Part shown: positions 1 to 9,381 of the stretch, one piece after another
Layout: each line of letters opens with the position of its first letter
Numbering within the stretch: position 1 is the stretch's first letter
From: a virus
Lineage: Duplodnaviria; Heunggongvirae; Uroviricota; Caudoviricetes
Virus record (IMG/VR): IMGVR_UViG_2703718821_000012
Location: 1-39,225 of that record
Direction: 5' to 3' (one strand)
Length of the DNA stretch: 39,225 nt
Translations under genes and position numbers: made by a program
The notes under the pieces: generated by a model
What the model was told of the DNA's origin: nothing
Databases searched by the model: none
Seen by the model: the letters and a program-made list of their open reading frames with translations, nothing else

Positions 1-201
1 TTACCCATTGGCGCGGCTTAAGAGCTTATTTTTGAATTCACAATGGTCACGATATAACCATCTTGCTCGCCCGTGGATAACTTTGGCTTTTGGCAGGTCG
101 CCGGACTTAATCCGGTCATAGATGAAGGTTTTACCGAATCCAGTATCGGCCATGATGAATTTCAAATCAACCAGTGAATCAGGCTGTAGTTCGTGTTGCA
201 T
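1..201 (-). CDS. xis: Excisionase / AlpA-family small DNA-binding protein
   Basis: 66 aa; HTH-like motif MADTGFGKTFIYDRIKSGDLPKAKVIHGRARWLYRDHCEF typical of AlpA-type excisionases; stop TAA at 3..1 directly upstream of int start across the window boundary. Confidence 0.75.
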   Translation of the reverse strand: MQHELQPDSLVDLKFIMADTGFGKTFIYDRIKSGDLPKAKVIHGRARWLYRDHCEFKNKLLSRANG

Positions 202-242
202 GAGTGCTATCTCCGAATAGGGAATCGAACCTGCAAATCAGG

Positions 243-267
243 CAATAAAAAACCGCCATCAGGCGGC
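243..267 (-). terminator. Rho-independent terminator candidate (minus strand)
   Basis: Minus-strand hairpin GCCGCC-TGAT-GGCGG followed by TTTTTTATT; lies at 3' end of the 259..426 ORF, upstream of xis. Confidence 0.5.
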
Positions 268-426
268 TTGGTGTTCTTTCAGTTCTTCAATTCGAATATT
301 GGTTACTTCTGCATGTGCTATCTGCGCCCATATCATCCAGTGGTCATAGCAGTCATTGATGTTCTCTGCTTCGATAACTCTGTTGAATGGTTCTCCATTC
401 CATTCACCTGTGACTCGGAAGTGCAT
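259..426 (-). CDS. Hypothetical early protein (55 aa)
   Basis: ATG at 426 preceded by GGAG about 7 nt upstream; translation MHFRVTGEWNGEPFNRVIEAENINDCYDHWMIWAQIAHAEVTNIRIEELKEHQAA; below the size cut-off of the supplied ORF track. Confidence 0.4.
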   Translation of the reverse strand: MHFRVTGEWNGEPFNRVIEAENINDCYDHWMIWAQIAHAEVTNIRIEELKEHQAA

Positions 427-498
427 TTATCATCTCCATAAAACAAAACTCGCCGTAGCGAGTTCAGATAAAAGAAATCCCCGCGAGTGCGAGGATTG

Positions 499-783
499 TT
501 ATTCATTGTCGATATTAATCTTTATCGCGAACACCTTTACCGGTTTATCACCGAAGTGCGGATGTGTGATTGTCTTGATTTCATATCCGTCATACGGAAC
601 ATCAATTCTACGGCTGGAATCGTCGCGCTTCGGATATCCCTTTGTGATAATCAGGCGGTCATACTTACGGTTAACGAGGCGCTTATTCCAATAGTCATTA
701 CACAGGCGATACTCTTCCGTTTTCTCCCCGCGAATCATGGCATCGAAGTATTCACCTTTGACGGCAAGTTGCAGGTTAGCCAC
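499..783 (-). CDS. Hypothetical early protein (94 aa)
   Basis: GTG start at 783 preceded by AGGAGG with 7-nt spacing; same strand as the pL operon; no family recognised. Confidence 0.55.
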   Translation of the reverse strand: MANLQLAVKGEYFDAMIRGEKTEEYRLCNDYWNKRLVNRKYDRLIITKGYPKRDDSSRRIDVPYDGYEIKTITHPHFGDKPVKVFAIKINIDNE

Positions 784-1060
784 GACCTTCCTCCTTTGGC
801 TTGTGAATTTGTATCGTCATGCCGCTTTGAGTGGTGACTACAATGACAGAACCAGGCTGAAGGCTGTTAAGATTGAATGCTTCGTAAAACGAATCCAATG
901 CCAGTGCTTTTTTATTCTTTCGGTTCCACCAACGCCATCCCTTGCTACAGGCTACACTGACAATCCACTGTCCACTCCTGTAAGCCATATAAAACCAGAT
1001 GAGTAAAACCTGAAGGAAGGCTATCCAGTCAATAATCGTATATTTCGCAAAGGAGTCCAT
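776..1060 (-). CDS. Small hydrophobic (membrane) protein, about 94 aa
   Basis: ATG at 1060 preceded by GGAGG 8 nt upstream and overlapping the upstream stop (TGATG); hydrophobic segment IIDWIAFLQVLLIWFYMAY. Confidence 0.5.
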   Translation of the reverse strand: MDSFAKYTIIDWIAFLQVLLIWFYMAYRSGQWIVSVACSKGWRWWNRKNKKALALDSFYEAFNLNSLQPGSVIVVTTQSGMTIQIHKPKEEGRG

Positions 1061-1272
1061 CACTTTACCTCCTGCGCCGCTTTGATGATTGCAGCCAGGC
1101 AATTCTTGCACGGAACCTGAAATGAACCCTGCTCAATGCTCAACAGTGCATGCTGAGCATCCTGAAAAAGCCAGTCTGAAAATTGTGGTACATGTCCGCA
1201 CCACGTCTCTATTTCATGCTTTGCAAGCTTGGCGCCGTCACGATAGTCATATTTGATAATGTGCTTACTCAC
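1060..1272 (-). CDS. Hypothetical early protein (about 70 aa; start uncertain)
   Basis: GTG at 1272 preceded by AGGAGG; an in-frame ATG further upstream (1353) would give 97 aa. Confidence 0.4.
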   Translation of the reverse strand: MSKHIIKYDYRDGAKLAKHEIETWCGHVPQFSDWLFQDAQHALLSIEQGSFQVPCKNCLAAIIKAAQEVK

Positions 1273-1389
1273 GGCTTCACCTCCTGCACAGGCTGAAAAT
1301 AAACGATGTGATTGCCAAATCCTGAATTGCTGTAATTGCCAGCATCCAGCCATAAATGCTTTCACTGAAATGCCATGCTAGTGCTGTAA

Positions 1390-1998
1390 TCACGGCTTAA
1401 CCTCCTGCGGCGGTTCTGGTAGCGGCATCCAGTGTGACGGTTTCCACGACGCACCAGGAATTATCCACCCATCATTAGCGTCAGGATGCCCCGGGATGTA
1501 AGTAGCCCATTTCATTCGCCAGTCACCTTTCCTGTCAAACTCCACGGCAACAAGAACGGCTGTTTTGGTATTCGGCATTCGCTCACTACAGCTTATCCAA
1601 CCATCCTTAATGCAATTACCTTGACTCTGAAGCATAGCGGCACGACAGGCGTTCCAGCCTCTCACCTCTGCAATAGCGGCAACAGCATCAACCGCGTACA
1701 TTTTAATAGGGTTAGGCATTGGTTTTTCTTCAGGTACTACTGGCACTGGAGGGGCGGCATAAACAGGAATAACGTCCGATTGCTCTTTATTGCTTTCATC
1801 CGTTAAAGCCCAGAATAATTTTCCAGCCGGATGTTTGAAAATATAAGCAACTGGTTCTGCTTTCAGCGATGCCAGCGCCAACTTGAACGCCTGAAGCTCA
1901 ATGGCACTGTTGGTATCCAGTCCAAACGGTAATTCATCACGATAGGCTTCGTATTCAGCGATAGTTTGCTTCAGCCATTCTTTGGTTAGTTCAGCCAT
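1390..1998 (-). CDS. DUF551-like phage protein
   Basis: 202 aa from MAELTKEWLKQ; C-terminal region GWIIPGASWKPSHWMPLPEPP resembles the DUF551 motif common in enterobacterial prophage early regions (recall). Confidence 0.55.
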   Translation of the reverse strand: MAELTKEWLKQTIAEYEAYRDELPFGLDTNSAIELQAFKLALASLKAEPVAYIFKHPAGKLFWALTDESNKEQSDVIPVYAAPPVPVVPEEKPMPNPIKMYAVDAVAAIAEVRGWNACRAAMLQSQGNCIKDGWISCSERMPNTKTAVLVAVEFDRKGDWRMKWATYIPGHPDANDGWIIPGASWKPSHWMPLPEPPQEVKP

Positions 1999-2002
1999 AT
2001 CC

Positions 2003-2455
2003 CTAATTCCCCTTGATGCTGACTTTGACACCAACCTTGCGAATCTCATCGGCGCATCTGTTCACGATACTCCGGTGAAACTCACAAAAAATTTTCGCCG
2101 ACTGCGGCCCTAATGGGTGAACATCGTGCGCACGCGGCAGTACAACCTCCCGCGCCTCCATGTCAGCAATCCGCTTGTCTTTGGCTTCCAGCTCATCCAG
2201 CAGCGCCAGCACGGTAGCTGGATTGGCTGCGGCGATGAATTCAGCATTGGCCTGCTGTTCCATTTGGAAATCTTCATCGAAACCGCTTTCAGGATGCGCT
2301 CCTTCAATTCTGCAAATGGGAATATATCCAGCAGCCTCGCGATGAATTAGTGCATCATCACCATCAAATCGGCCATCTCCATATTCGAGCGACCACACAC
2401 CACACGTTGCTTTCTCTGCCTTTTCACGCAGTGCCTGATAATCAATCTTGCTCAC
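2003..2455 (-). CDS. Ead/Ea22-like early protein
   Basis: 150 aa; GTG start preceded by GGAGG; motif ANPATVLALLDELEAKDKRIADMEA typical of Ea22-like proteins (recall). Confidence 0.6.
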   Translation of the reverse strand: MSKIDYQALREKAEKATCGVWSLEYGDGRFDGDDALIHREAAGYIPICRIEGAHPESGFDEDFQMEQQANAEFIAAANPATVLALLDELEAKDKRIADMEAREVVLPRAHDVHPLGPQSAKIFCEFHRSIVNRCADEIRKVGVKVSIKGN

Positions 2456-2696
2456 TGGTTGCCTCCTGCTTTTCTGCCTTCAACACCATGCGAGAACCAT
2501 CATCCAGCTCCCACACTATCTCACCACCTTCAGCCATGACCAGTTGCCACACCAATTGAGCAGCCTCATTGGTAACATCACGACCTGGATCATTGCCAAC
2601 GCGCATACGCCCACCTTCAACATCGCGCATTTTTGCCAGCATGATAGTTTTTGATAGCGGTGAAAAACCAAGCTGTAGTCGTGCTGAATTACTCAC
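2442..2696 (-). CDS. Hypothetical early protein (84 aa)
   Basis: GTG start overlapping the upstream stop (GTGA); part of the coupled gene train. Confidence 0.5.
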   Translation of the reverse strand: MSNSARLQLGFSPLSKTIMLAKMRDVEGGRMRVGNDPGRDVTNEAAQLVWQLVMAEGGEIVWELDDGSRMVLKAEKQEATSEQD

Positions 2697-2860
2697 TGGC
2701 TGCCTCCTTTGCGCAACATCGCATTCAGATATTTGTTTTTATTCACTGATGGAAAAGAATTTCTCTTAAGCAATTCCTCTCTCGATGGCATTGGCTTTAC
2801 GCGTTGGCGAATAATCATTTCTGCCGGAAGAATGCCGGGATTGTATGCAAGTCCTCTCAT
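2693..2860 (-). CDS. Hypothetical small protein (55 aa)
   Basis: ATG at 2860 overlaps the stop of the upstream gene (ATGA); translation [55 protein letters not shown]; weak RBS. Confidence 0.3.
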   Translation of the reverse strand: MRGLAYNPGILPAEMIIRQRVKPMPSREELLKRNSFPSVNKNKYLNAMLRKGGSQ

Positions 2861-3138
2861 GATTTACTCTCCGCGAACTGGTCAACAGCCATGCTAAGTG
2901 ACATACCTAAAGTTTCGATATGCTGCTGAATATCCTGTAGCGTCTGCGCCTGAGATAACAGGATTTCACGGTTGCATAATTCTTTAACCAGATGCTCAAA
3001 CTTGCTGTAATAACCGATACGGCTTAGTGTTTCTTTCCCCGCATTCTCACCTTCTTTGATAATTCCTCTTTCACTAAGAATCAGGTCGTGTTTGGTTCCG
3101 GTAATAACATATTTGCCTAGGTCTATGTTTAGCTTCAT
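2857..3138 (-). CDS. Hypothetical early protein (93 aa)
   Basis: ORF in pL operon orientation; no family recognised. Confidence 0.5.
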   Translation of the reverse strand: MKLNIDLGKYVITGTKHDLILSERGIIKEGENAGKETLSRIGYYSKFEHLVKELCNREILLSQAQTLQDIQQHIETLGMSLSMAVDQFAESKS

Positions 3139-3154
3139 TGTTAATTACTCCATG

Positions 3155-3469
3155 TTAATTTATTCGTATGCCTGCTCTTTCTTCATCGAGTTTTTTTAGC
3201 TTGTATCTCATAGCTCTTACTGAATAAATTGAGCGGCAGGTTGCAATTGCTATTTCTTCTGCGGAGAACTTACCGAAAAGTGATACTTCGGCTCTTGTCC
3301 AGCGTCTTCCACGAAGTCGGCTAACAATGTCAGCGCCAATCCTTGTTGCTTTCGCCATTACTGCTTTTTCAGTCCTTTCCAGTTTTTCAGCGATAACTTC
3401 AACTGGCATTGTTGCCGCTACTTCGCGCAAGAAATCGACTTCCCATTTCTCCCAAGGAGTCTTTTTCAT
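3155..3469 (-). CDS. Hypothetical protein with two internally repeated helix-rich segments (possible DNA-binding)
   Basis: 104 aa; two segments with similar pattern (WEKWEVDFLREV...VIAEKLERTEKAV and WTRAEVSLFGKF...EIAIATCRSIYSV). Confidence 0.5.
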   Translation of the reverse strand: MKKTPWEKWEVDFLREVAATMPVEVIAEKLERTEKAVMAKATRIGADIVSRLRGRRWTRAEVSLFGKFSAEEIAIATCRSIYSVRAMRYKLKKLDEERAGIRIN

Positions 3470-3480
3470 GGGCGATACCG

Positions 3481-3963
3481 TTATTTGATAAGAAGTGAAG
3501 GTTTCCCAACCTTGAGTTGAGCGCCGGGGATATTTATTCCTGCTTTTAGTTGGTGTTTGATTGCCAGTTTGTCGGCTTTAATTGTCGTTTCAAACTCAAC
3601 GTATTCAGGAGGAAGGGCGCTTGAGTCGATGATTTCTACAATTTCTGACGGTTTGCGGATTGTTACCTGGTGAATACCTGCTCGAATATTTTTCTTGCCA
3701 ACCATTTCAAGCGATGACGCTATATATGATTTGATGCTGTCAATCTTATTTTGAATTACTGCGGCTCGCTCATTCAGCGACTTTGCCTCTTCCTTGAGGC
3801 GTTCAGCATAACCAGATTCATTTTTAATGACGGAAAGAAGTTGCTCTATTTTATCGGTAAATTCTCCTTCCATGCCTTCTATTGTGTCAGCAATCATCTC
3901 TGGCTCTAAATCTGAATCCATCAATTTTGCGTATTCATTGGCTATTTCATATAGTTTGCTCAC
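3481..3963 (-). CDS. Gp157-like phage protein (often linked to RecT modules)
   Basis: About 160 aa; GTG start at 3963 preceded by GGAGG; family assignment from recall of similar prophage proteins next to recT. Confidence 0.5.
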   Translation of the reverse strand: MSKLYEIANEYAKLMDSDLEPEMIADTIEGMEGEFTDKIEQLLSVIKNESGYAERLKEEAKSLNERAAVIQNKIDSIKSYIASSLEMVGKKNIRAGIHQVTIRKPSEIVEIIDSSALPPEYVEFETTIKADKLAIKHQLKAGINIPGAQLKVGKPSLLIK

Positions 3964-4849
3964 TGGCAACCTCCAGTTTCGCTTTGCATTCTATGTAAAT
4001 GGCTTGTACGTTCTGCTGCAATTTCATTCCAGATGTCAGGCGATATGCTTCTGCAAAATATCGCTTCAAATCATCCATGTTTTCTGCCTGAGCCATTTCA
4101 TCACAAAGAAGTTGTGCTTTTTCCATAATTTCCTGCTGGCGTTTCCGTTCATCTTCGCGGATATCTTCCTCTGATTTGTGCGGCATAACTGGTTCCTGAT
4201 GCATACCTTCATCTTCGTTAAGCAGGTGAATGGCATTATCCAGTCGCTGGGCTTTAGGCCAGTATTTGCTGGCGCGTTTAACTATTGTTTTACGCGCCAT
4301 CTCTTCCCAGAATGTCTTCCACGGTCCATTCTTTGCCTTGCTCGTTGCTTCCACAGCTTTAATTTCTGCCAGACTCATTTCTTCAGTGAGGTAGTCACCA
4401 TCTGCTGTTTTAACCGTACAATAACCACCAACAATAGAGCCTCGCTCACCAAATGCGTTGTATTTGTGGGTTGGTGCTGAATCAAGGCCGTTTGATTCAT
4501 AGGTGTCGTTTGAGTACACCAGTTTGCATTGCCCCCACTTAATTGATCCTGTCGACTGTGCAAGGTGAAGTAATCCCATGTAACTGATATCAAGGCACAC
4601 CATGCCGTCGCGAGGAACCAGATAAGCCAGTTTGCTGGCCGGGTTTAAGGTGATGCCGATCGCCGCAACATTGATGATGGCGTTCTGTGCGCTGGTTGGA
4701 TTTGCCAGTGCTGTTTTAGCCAGGTAATCGTTTTTCTGGAAATACTGAATTGCAAACTGGCTTTCCTTAGCCCATGTCACCGTCTGTTCAGTCAATGCTC
4801 CGCAGAATAACTGCTCTTGCTGTTTAACGAATTCAACGATATTGCTCAT
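3947..4849 (-). CDS. recT: RecT-family single-strand annealing recombinase
   Basis: 300 aa; motif NGPWKTFWEEMARKTIVKRASKYWP matches the conserved RecT core (compare Rac RecT NGPWVTHWEEMAKKTAIRRLFKYLP). Confidence 0.85.
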   Translation of the reverse strand: MSNIVEFVKQQEQLFCGALTEQTVTWAKESQFAIQYFQKNDYLAKTALANPTSAQNAIINVAAIGITLNPASKLAYLVPRDGMVCLDISYMGLLHLAQSTGSIKWGQCKLVYSNDTYESNGLDSAPTHKYNAFGERGSIVGGYCTVKTADGDYLTEEMSLAEIKAVEATSKAKNGPWKTFWEEMARKTIVKRASKYWPKAQRLDNAIHLLNEDEGMHQEPVMPHKSEEDIREDERKRQQEIMEKAQLLCDEMAQAENMDDLKRYFAEAYRLTSGMKLQQNVQAIYIECKAKLEVASEQTI

Positions 4850-5157
4850 GCAGCTTCTCCATAAATATGTCTACGTTTGAATATTGCGAAGGCATATTCA
4901 GCCTTAACTCTTTCGGTTATTGCATCCCAGAACCATTCAGCGGCTTTTTCCTGATAGTTACAGTCATCATCTTCCAGCCAGTCGATAGCGTCCTTAGTGT
5001 GTTCATCTGGTTTATATGAGCGAAGCATTTCGCTTATTGGGTCGCAACGTTTGCAGAGGCGATCAACTTCACTGTTGATTCGTTCGTAATCATCATCGGT
5101 AAAACTTGCGATGATTTGCGATATTTCACGCTTATCATTCAGAGTCAGAATCATCAT
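4846..5157 (-). CDS. Hypothetical acidic protein upstream of recT (103 aa)
   Basis: ATG at 5157/5154 preceded by GGAG; acidic, Trp-rich; position equivalent to anti-RecBCD genes in other phages (inference only). Confidence 0.5.
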   Translation of the reverse strand: MMILTLNDKREISQIIASFTDDDYERINSEVDRLCKRCDPISEMLRSYKPDEHTKDAIDWLEDDDCNYQEKAAEWFWDAITERVKAEYAFAIFKRRHIYGEAA

Positions 5158-5238
5158 CTTTCTCCTGTTCTTTGTGCTGATTGAGCATTTCTTTCATCTG
5201 ACGAATGAATTCTTCGTCTGACCATGTATCCGCAATGC

Positions 5239-5403
5239 TCATTGCTTAACGACCTTAATCAGTTGAGTTACCTCAATGATGTCCTCGCATAAATCAGAGT
5301 ACTGAAATGGGCCGCAGTTGTGAGAGTTAGTGCGTCGGGCGAAAGCCATTCTTCTAAGTTCTTTCAGGGCTTCTTCCAGTTCTTCGTAAGTTGGTTTTTT
5401 CAT
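5239..5403 (-). CDS. Hypothetical small protein (54 aa)
   Basis: ATG at 5403 overlaps the CIII-like stop (ATGA); translation MKKPTYEELEEALKELRRMAFARRTNSHNCGPFQYSDLCEDIIEVTQLIKVVKQ. Confidence 0.35.
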   Translation of the reverse strand: MKKPTYEELEEALKELRRMAFARRTNSHNCGPFQYSDLCEDIIEVTQLIKVVKQ

Positions 5404-5570
5404 GGCTGTACCTTTTGATTCAGAAACTCAACAAGACGATCCAGCAAGCTCTTAACGCGAGGTTGTTTAAAGTCTGCTCCGGTTAAAATATTTTTTCGTG
5501 AATGCTGCACCGATAAAATTGGGTTGAAAGGGCGAACCGATGCCGCCCCTGCAATAGCGAACTGTTGCAT
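5400..5570 (-). CDS. cIII: CIII-like protein (probable FtsH inhibitor)
   Basis: 56 aa starting MQQFAIAG (lambda CIII starts MQYAIAG); amphipathic stretch KSLLDRLVEFLNQ; correct position in the pL operon. Confidence 0.5.
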   Translation of the reverse strand: MQQFAIAGAASVRPFNPILSVQHSRKNILTGADFKQPRVKSLLDRLVEFLNQKVQP

Positions 5571-5764
5571 AGGATGCTCCTTCTGTTTGATTGCATAACG
5601 AAAACGCCTCGAGTGAAGCGTTATTGGTATGCATATAAAAAGGCCCTCACACTGGAGGGCAAAGAAGATTTCCAATAATCAGAACAAGTCGGCTCCTGTT
5701 TCGTTACGAGCGACATTGCTCCGTGTATTCACTCGCTGGAATGAATGCACAGTGCTTATTCGTA

Positions 5765-6235
5765 CTAATAAGACACCCAGTTTTCTGTTTCTTGGTTGTG
5801 TCCAAAGTTATATTCAATATCTGGTGTTGATGTATCAATATTCTTCATCCCATCAACAAGAGTTGATACAACAGCCAAATCTTGTTTGATTCTCATTAAA
5901 TGGTATTTCTTCCGGCGCAATAAACTTTCAATGGCAAGTTTCTTCGTCGGGAATGCAAAAGATCTTTCTGCATTTTTTGCTACTTTCTTAATTGCATATC
6001 TATTTCTCCTTTGTTTCCATTCCTGTAACCACTGATTTGGTGTTGGTTTAAAATTAACAATCCAATGCGCAGGAACCAACCATGCATAATGCTCTGTCTG
6101 ATGAAAAGCTATATATTGAAGTGCGAATATTTTGATTCCATCTTCTTCAACTGTCGCCTGGAATCTCCAGAAAACAGGCATTCCATCATGTTCAGTTTCT
6201 GATTCAGGAAAAGGTACGCTCCATGATTTTGTCAT
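5765..6235 (-). CDS. Hypothetical basic protein (156 aa), AT-rich accessory gene
   Basis: ATG preceded by GAGGTGAG; AT-rich codon usage versus neighbours; sits between N and cIII where lambdoid phages carry accessory and exclusion genes. Confidence 0.6.
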   Translation of the reverse strand: MTKSWSVPFPESETEHDGMPVFWRFQATVEEDGIKIFALQYIAFHQTEHYAWLVPAHWIVNFKPTPNQWLQEWKQRRNRYAIKKVAKNAERSFAFPTKKLAIESLLRRKKYHLMRIKQDLAVVSTLVDGMKNIDTSTPDIEYNFGHNQETENWVSY

Positions 6236-6278
6236 ATCTCACCTCAAATAATTCAGTGCGGTGTTTATTCTCTTGTTT

Positions 6279-6309
6279 ATGCCAAAAATAAAGGCCGACT
6301 ATGCGGCCT
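6279..6309 (-). terminator. Rho-independent terminator candidate (minus strand)
   Basis: Minus-strand hairpin AGGCCGCATAGTCGGCCT followed by TTATTTTTGG immediately after the 6314..6736 gene. Confidence 0.5.
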
Positions 6310-6313
6310 GAAA

Positions 6314-6736
6314 TTACTTAACCAATGATGCTGCATATTCAATTAGGAATAACTTAGGTGCAAGCCAAATCTTCAACCATTCGAAATTGAAGGCGATAAT
6401 TGAAACGCCAATAATTGAGCCAAATACAGGAGCAAATACGGTGCATATATCGTAATAAAACGAAGATATAAAATATCTATCATTTGGACATCCATCGAAA
6501 GACGTCCATCTCTCGCCATTATTTCTTGCCGTTCTTGCAAAACTAGGAAGTTTTATTGCTGCAATTAAAAGCAACAACCCAGTCACTTGGGAAAGTGCGC
6601 TATGGACAAAACTCCATATTAGCAACTGATGAACAACATCAGGAATCTGTGCCTGGCTAAATGAAACAGCCGCGTCTATTCCATTGCTGGCTTTTTGCAG
6701 TAGTTCTACGAGAATCTTGTTTGCTTGTTCTTCCAT
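6314..6736 (-). CDS. Two-TM membrane protein (140 aa), possible SieB-like exclusion protein
   Basis: ATG preceded by GAGGTGA; hydrophobic segments VTGLLLLIAAIKLP and VFAPVFGSIIGVSIIAFNF; immediately downstream of N; AT-rich. Confidence 0.55.
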   Translation of the reverse strand: MEEQANKILVELLQKASNGIDAAVSFSQAQIPDVVHQLLIWSFVHSALSQVTGLLLLIAAIKLPSFARTARNNGERWTSFDGCPNDRYFISSFYYDICTVFAPVFGSIIGVSIIAFNFEWLKIWLAPKLFLIEYAASLVK

Positions 6737-6744
6737 ATATCACC

Positions 6745-7071
6745 TCAAATAAGTGGTTTGCTGCCTAATTTCATTTTCTGGCGACCAACACAAGTCACAC
6801 CCATTTCACTGCGTGGCTTGCTGTACCATGTGCGCTGATTCTTGCGTTCAATACGTTGCAGGTTGCTTTCAATCTGTTCGTAGTATTCAGCCAGCACCGT
6901 AAGGTCTATCGGATTCAGTGCGCTTTCTACTCGTGATTTCGGTTTGCGATTCAGCGAGAGAATAGGGCGGTTAACTGGTTTTGCGCTTACCCCAACCAAC
7001 AGGGGATTTGCTGCTTTCCATTGAGCCTGTTTCTCTGCGCGACGTTCGCGGCGGCGTGTTTGTGCATCCAT
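6745..7071 (-). CDS. N: Antitermination protein N
   Basis: 108 aa MDAQTRRRERRAEKQAQWKAANPLLVGVSAKPVNRPILSLNRKPKSRVESALNPIDLTVLAEY..., near-identical to lambda N including the Arg-rich RNA-binding motif. Confidence 0.92.
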   Translation of the reverse strand: MDAQTRRRERRAEKQAQWKAANPLLVGVSAKPVNRPILSLNRKPKSRVESALNPIDLTVLAEYYEQIESNLQRIERKNQRTWYSKPRSEMGVTCVGRQKMKLGSKPLI

Positions 7072-7228
7072 CTGGATTCTCCTGTCAGTTAGCTTTGGTT
7101 GTGTGTGGGAGTCGTAGTCCTGAACGAAAACACCCCGCAATGGCACATTGGCAGCTAATCCGGATTCGCACTTCCGGCCAATGCTTCGTTTCGTATCACA
7201 CACACCAAAGCCTTCTGCTTTGAATGCT

Positions 7229-7259
7229 GCCCTTCTTCAGGGCTTAATTTTTAAGAGCA
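7229..7259 (-). promoter_or_regulatory. nutL (boxA and boxB)
   Basis: Minus strand reads TGCTCTTAAAAATTAA GCCCTGAAGAAGGGC: boxA-like element plus boxB hairpin as in lambda nutL. Confidence 0.8.
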
Positions 7260-7298
7260 TCACCTTCATGGTGGTTAGTGCGTCCTGCTGATGGCTTA

Positions 7299-7371
7299 AA
7301 ATTACAAGAAAGATTGTATGTTGTAAACAAGAAATATTGTAAAAAGAGGAGTGAAAAACAAACTCCGTTGT
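7299..7371 (-). promoter_or_regulatory. OL operator cluster with pL
   Basis: Three ACAA-N6-TTGT sites (7304..7317 ACAAGAAAGATTGT, 7327..7340 ACAAGAAATATTGT, 7358..7371 ACAAACTCCGTTGT) matching 434-type operators; candidate leftward -35 TTTACA / -10 TAATTT. Confidence 0.6.
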
Positions 7372-7421
7372 TTTTAAACGGAAAATAGTTTGTTTTTTGG
7401 TTATCGAAATTGAGGTGGGGA

Positions 7422-8774
<1,353 letters not shown>

Positions 8775-8782
8775 GACATTCC

Positions 8783-8814
8783 CGCTCTTACACATCCCAG
8801 CCCTGAAAAAGGGC
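8783..8814 (+). promoter_or_regulatory. nutR (boxA CGCTCTTA and boxB GCCCTGAAAAAGGGC)
   Basis: boxA 8783..8790 and boxB hairpin 8800..8814, as in lambda nutR; followed by tR1-like region with hairpin GTATGCA-N6-TGCATAC. Confidence 0.8.
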
Positions 8815-8893
8815 ATCAAATTAAACAACACCTATGGTGTATGCATTTATTTGCATACATTCAATCAATTGTTATCTAAGGAAATACTTACAT

Positions 8894-9187
8894 ATGGTTC
8901 GTGCAAACAAACGCAACGAGGCTCTACGAATCGAGAGTGCGTTGCTTAACAAAATCGCAATGCTTGGAACTGAGAAGACAGCGGAAGCTGTGGGCGTTGA
9001 TAAGTCGCAGATCAGCAGGTGGAAGAGGGACTGGATTCCAAAGTTCTCAATGCTGCTTGCTGTTCTTGAATGGGGTGTCGTTGACGACGACATGGCTCGA
9101 TTGGCACGACAAGTTGCTTCGATTCTCACCAATAAAAAACGCCCGGCGGCAACCGAGCGTTCTGAACAAATCCAGATGGAATTCTGA
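8894..9187 (+). CDS. cII: Transcriptional activator CII
   Basis: 97 aa MVRANKRNEALRIESALLNKIAMLGTEKTAEAVGVDKSQISRWKRDWIPKFSMLLAVLEWGVVDDDMARLARQVASILTNKKRPAATERSEQIQMEF, near-identical to lambda CII. Confidence 0.92.
   Translation: MVRANKRNEALRIESALLNKIAMLGTEKTAEAVGVDKSQISRWKRDWIPKFSMLLAVLEWGVVDDDMARLARQVASILTNKKRPAATERSEQIQMEF
8903..8916 (-). promoter_or_regulatory. CII-binding site of pRE (TTGC-N6-TTGC)
   Basis: Plus strand GCAAACAAACGCAA = minus strand TTGCGTTTGTTTGC inside the 5' end of cII, as in lambda pRE. Confidence 0.6.
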
Positions 9188-9219
9188 GGTCATTACTGGA
9201 TCAATCCACAGGAGTAATT

Positions 9220-9381
9220 ATGACAAAACGTCGTAAGAAATACCAGGAAAAAGAAGAGATTCGACACCCTGATTCACCTGAGGGATTAGTGGTAGCCGCA
9301 GCAAATAACAGGGCGTTCGCAGAACGCCTTGTTGGTGTTTACAGACTAGCCAAAGCAGGAGTGAAACATGGGCGTCGTTAA
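9220..9381 (+). CDS. Hypothetical small basic protein (53 aa) between cII and the replication initiator
   Basis: ATG preceded by GGAG with 6-nt spacing; translation [53 protein letters not shown]; overlaps start of next gene. Confidence 0.4.
   Translation: MTKRRKKYQEKEEIRHPDSPEGLVVAAANNRAFAERLVGVYRLAKAGVKHGRR

Noticed and set aside
193-837. Plus-strand ORFs 193..441, 356..694 and 487..837 from the ORF track
   Set aside because: They overlap better-supported minus-strand genes (259..426, 499..783) that have strong RBS and fit the pL operon orientation; the plus-strand ORFs lack RBS and run antisense to the operon.
7358-7378. Third OL site ACAAACTCCGTTGT read purely as an operator
   Set aside because: Not fully rejected: it fits ACAA-N6-TTGT but also overlaps a hairpin (CCGTT/AACGG) with a T-run that may terminate the cI operon, so its role is ambiguous and it is reported only as part of the OL cluster.
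8834-8893. Longer cII start at 8834 (MVYAFICIHS...)
   Set aside because: The N-terminal extension is not part of lambda CII; the ATG at 8894 gives the canonical 97-aa protein, and the upstream stretch contains the tR1 region.
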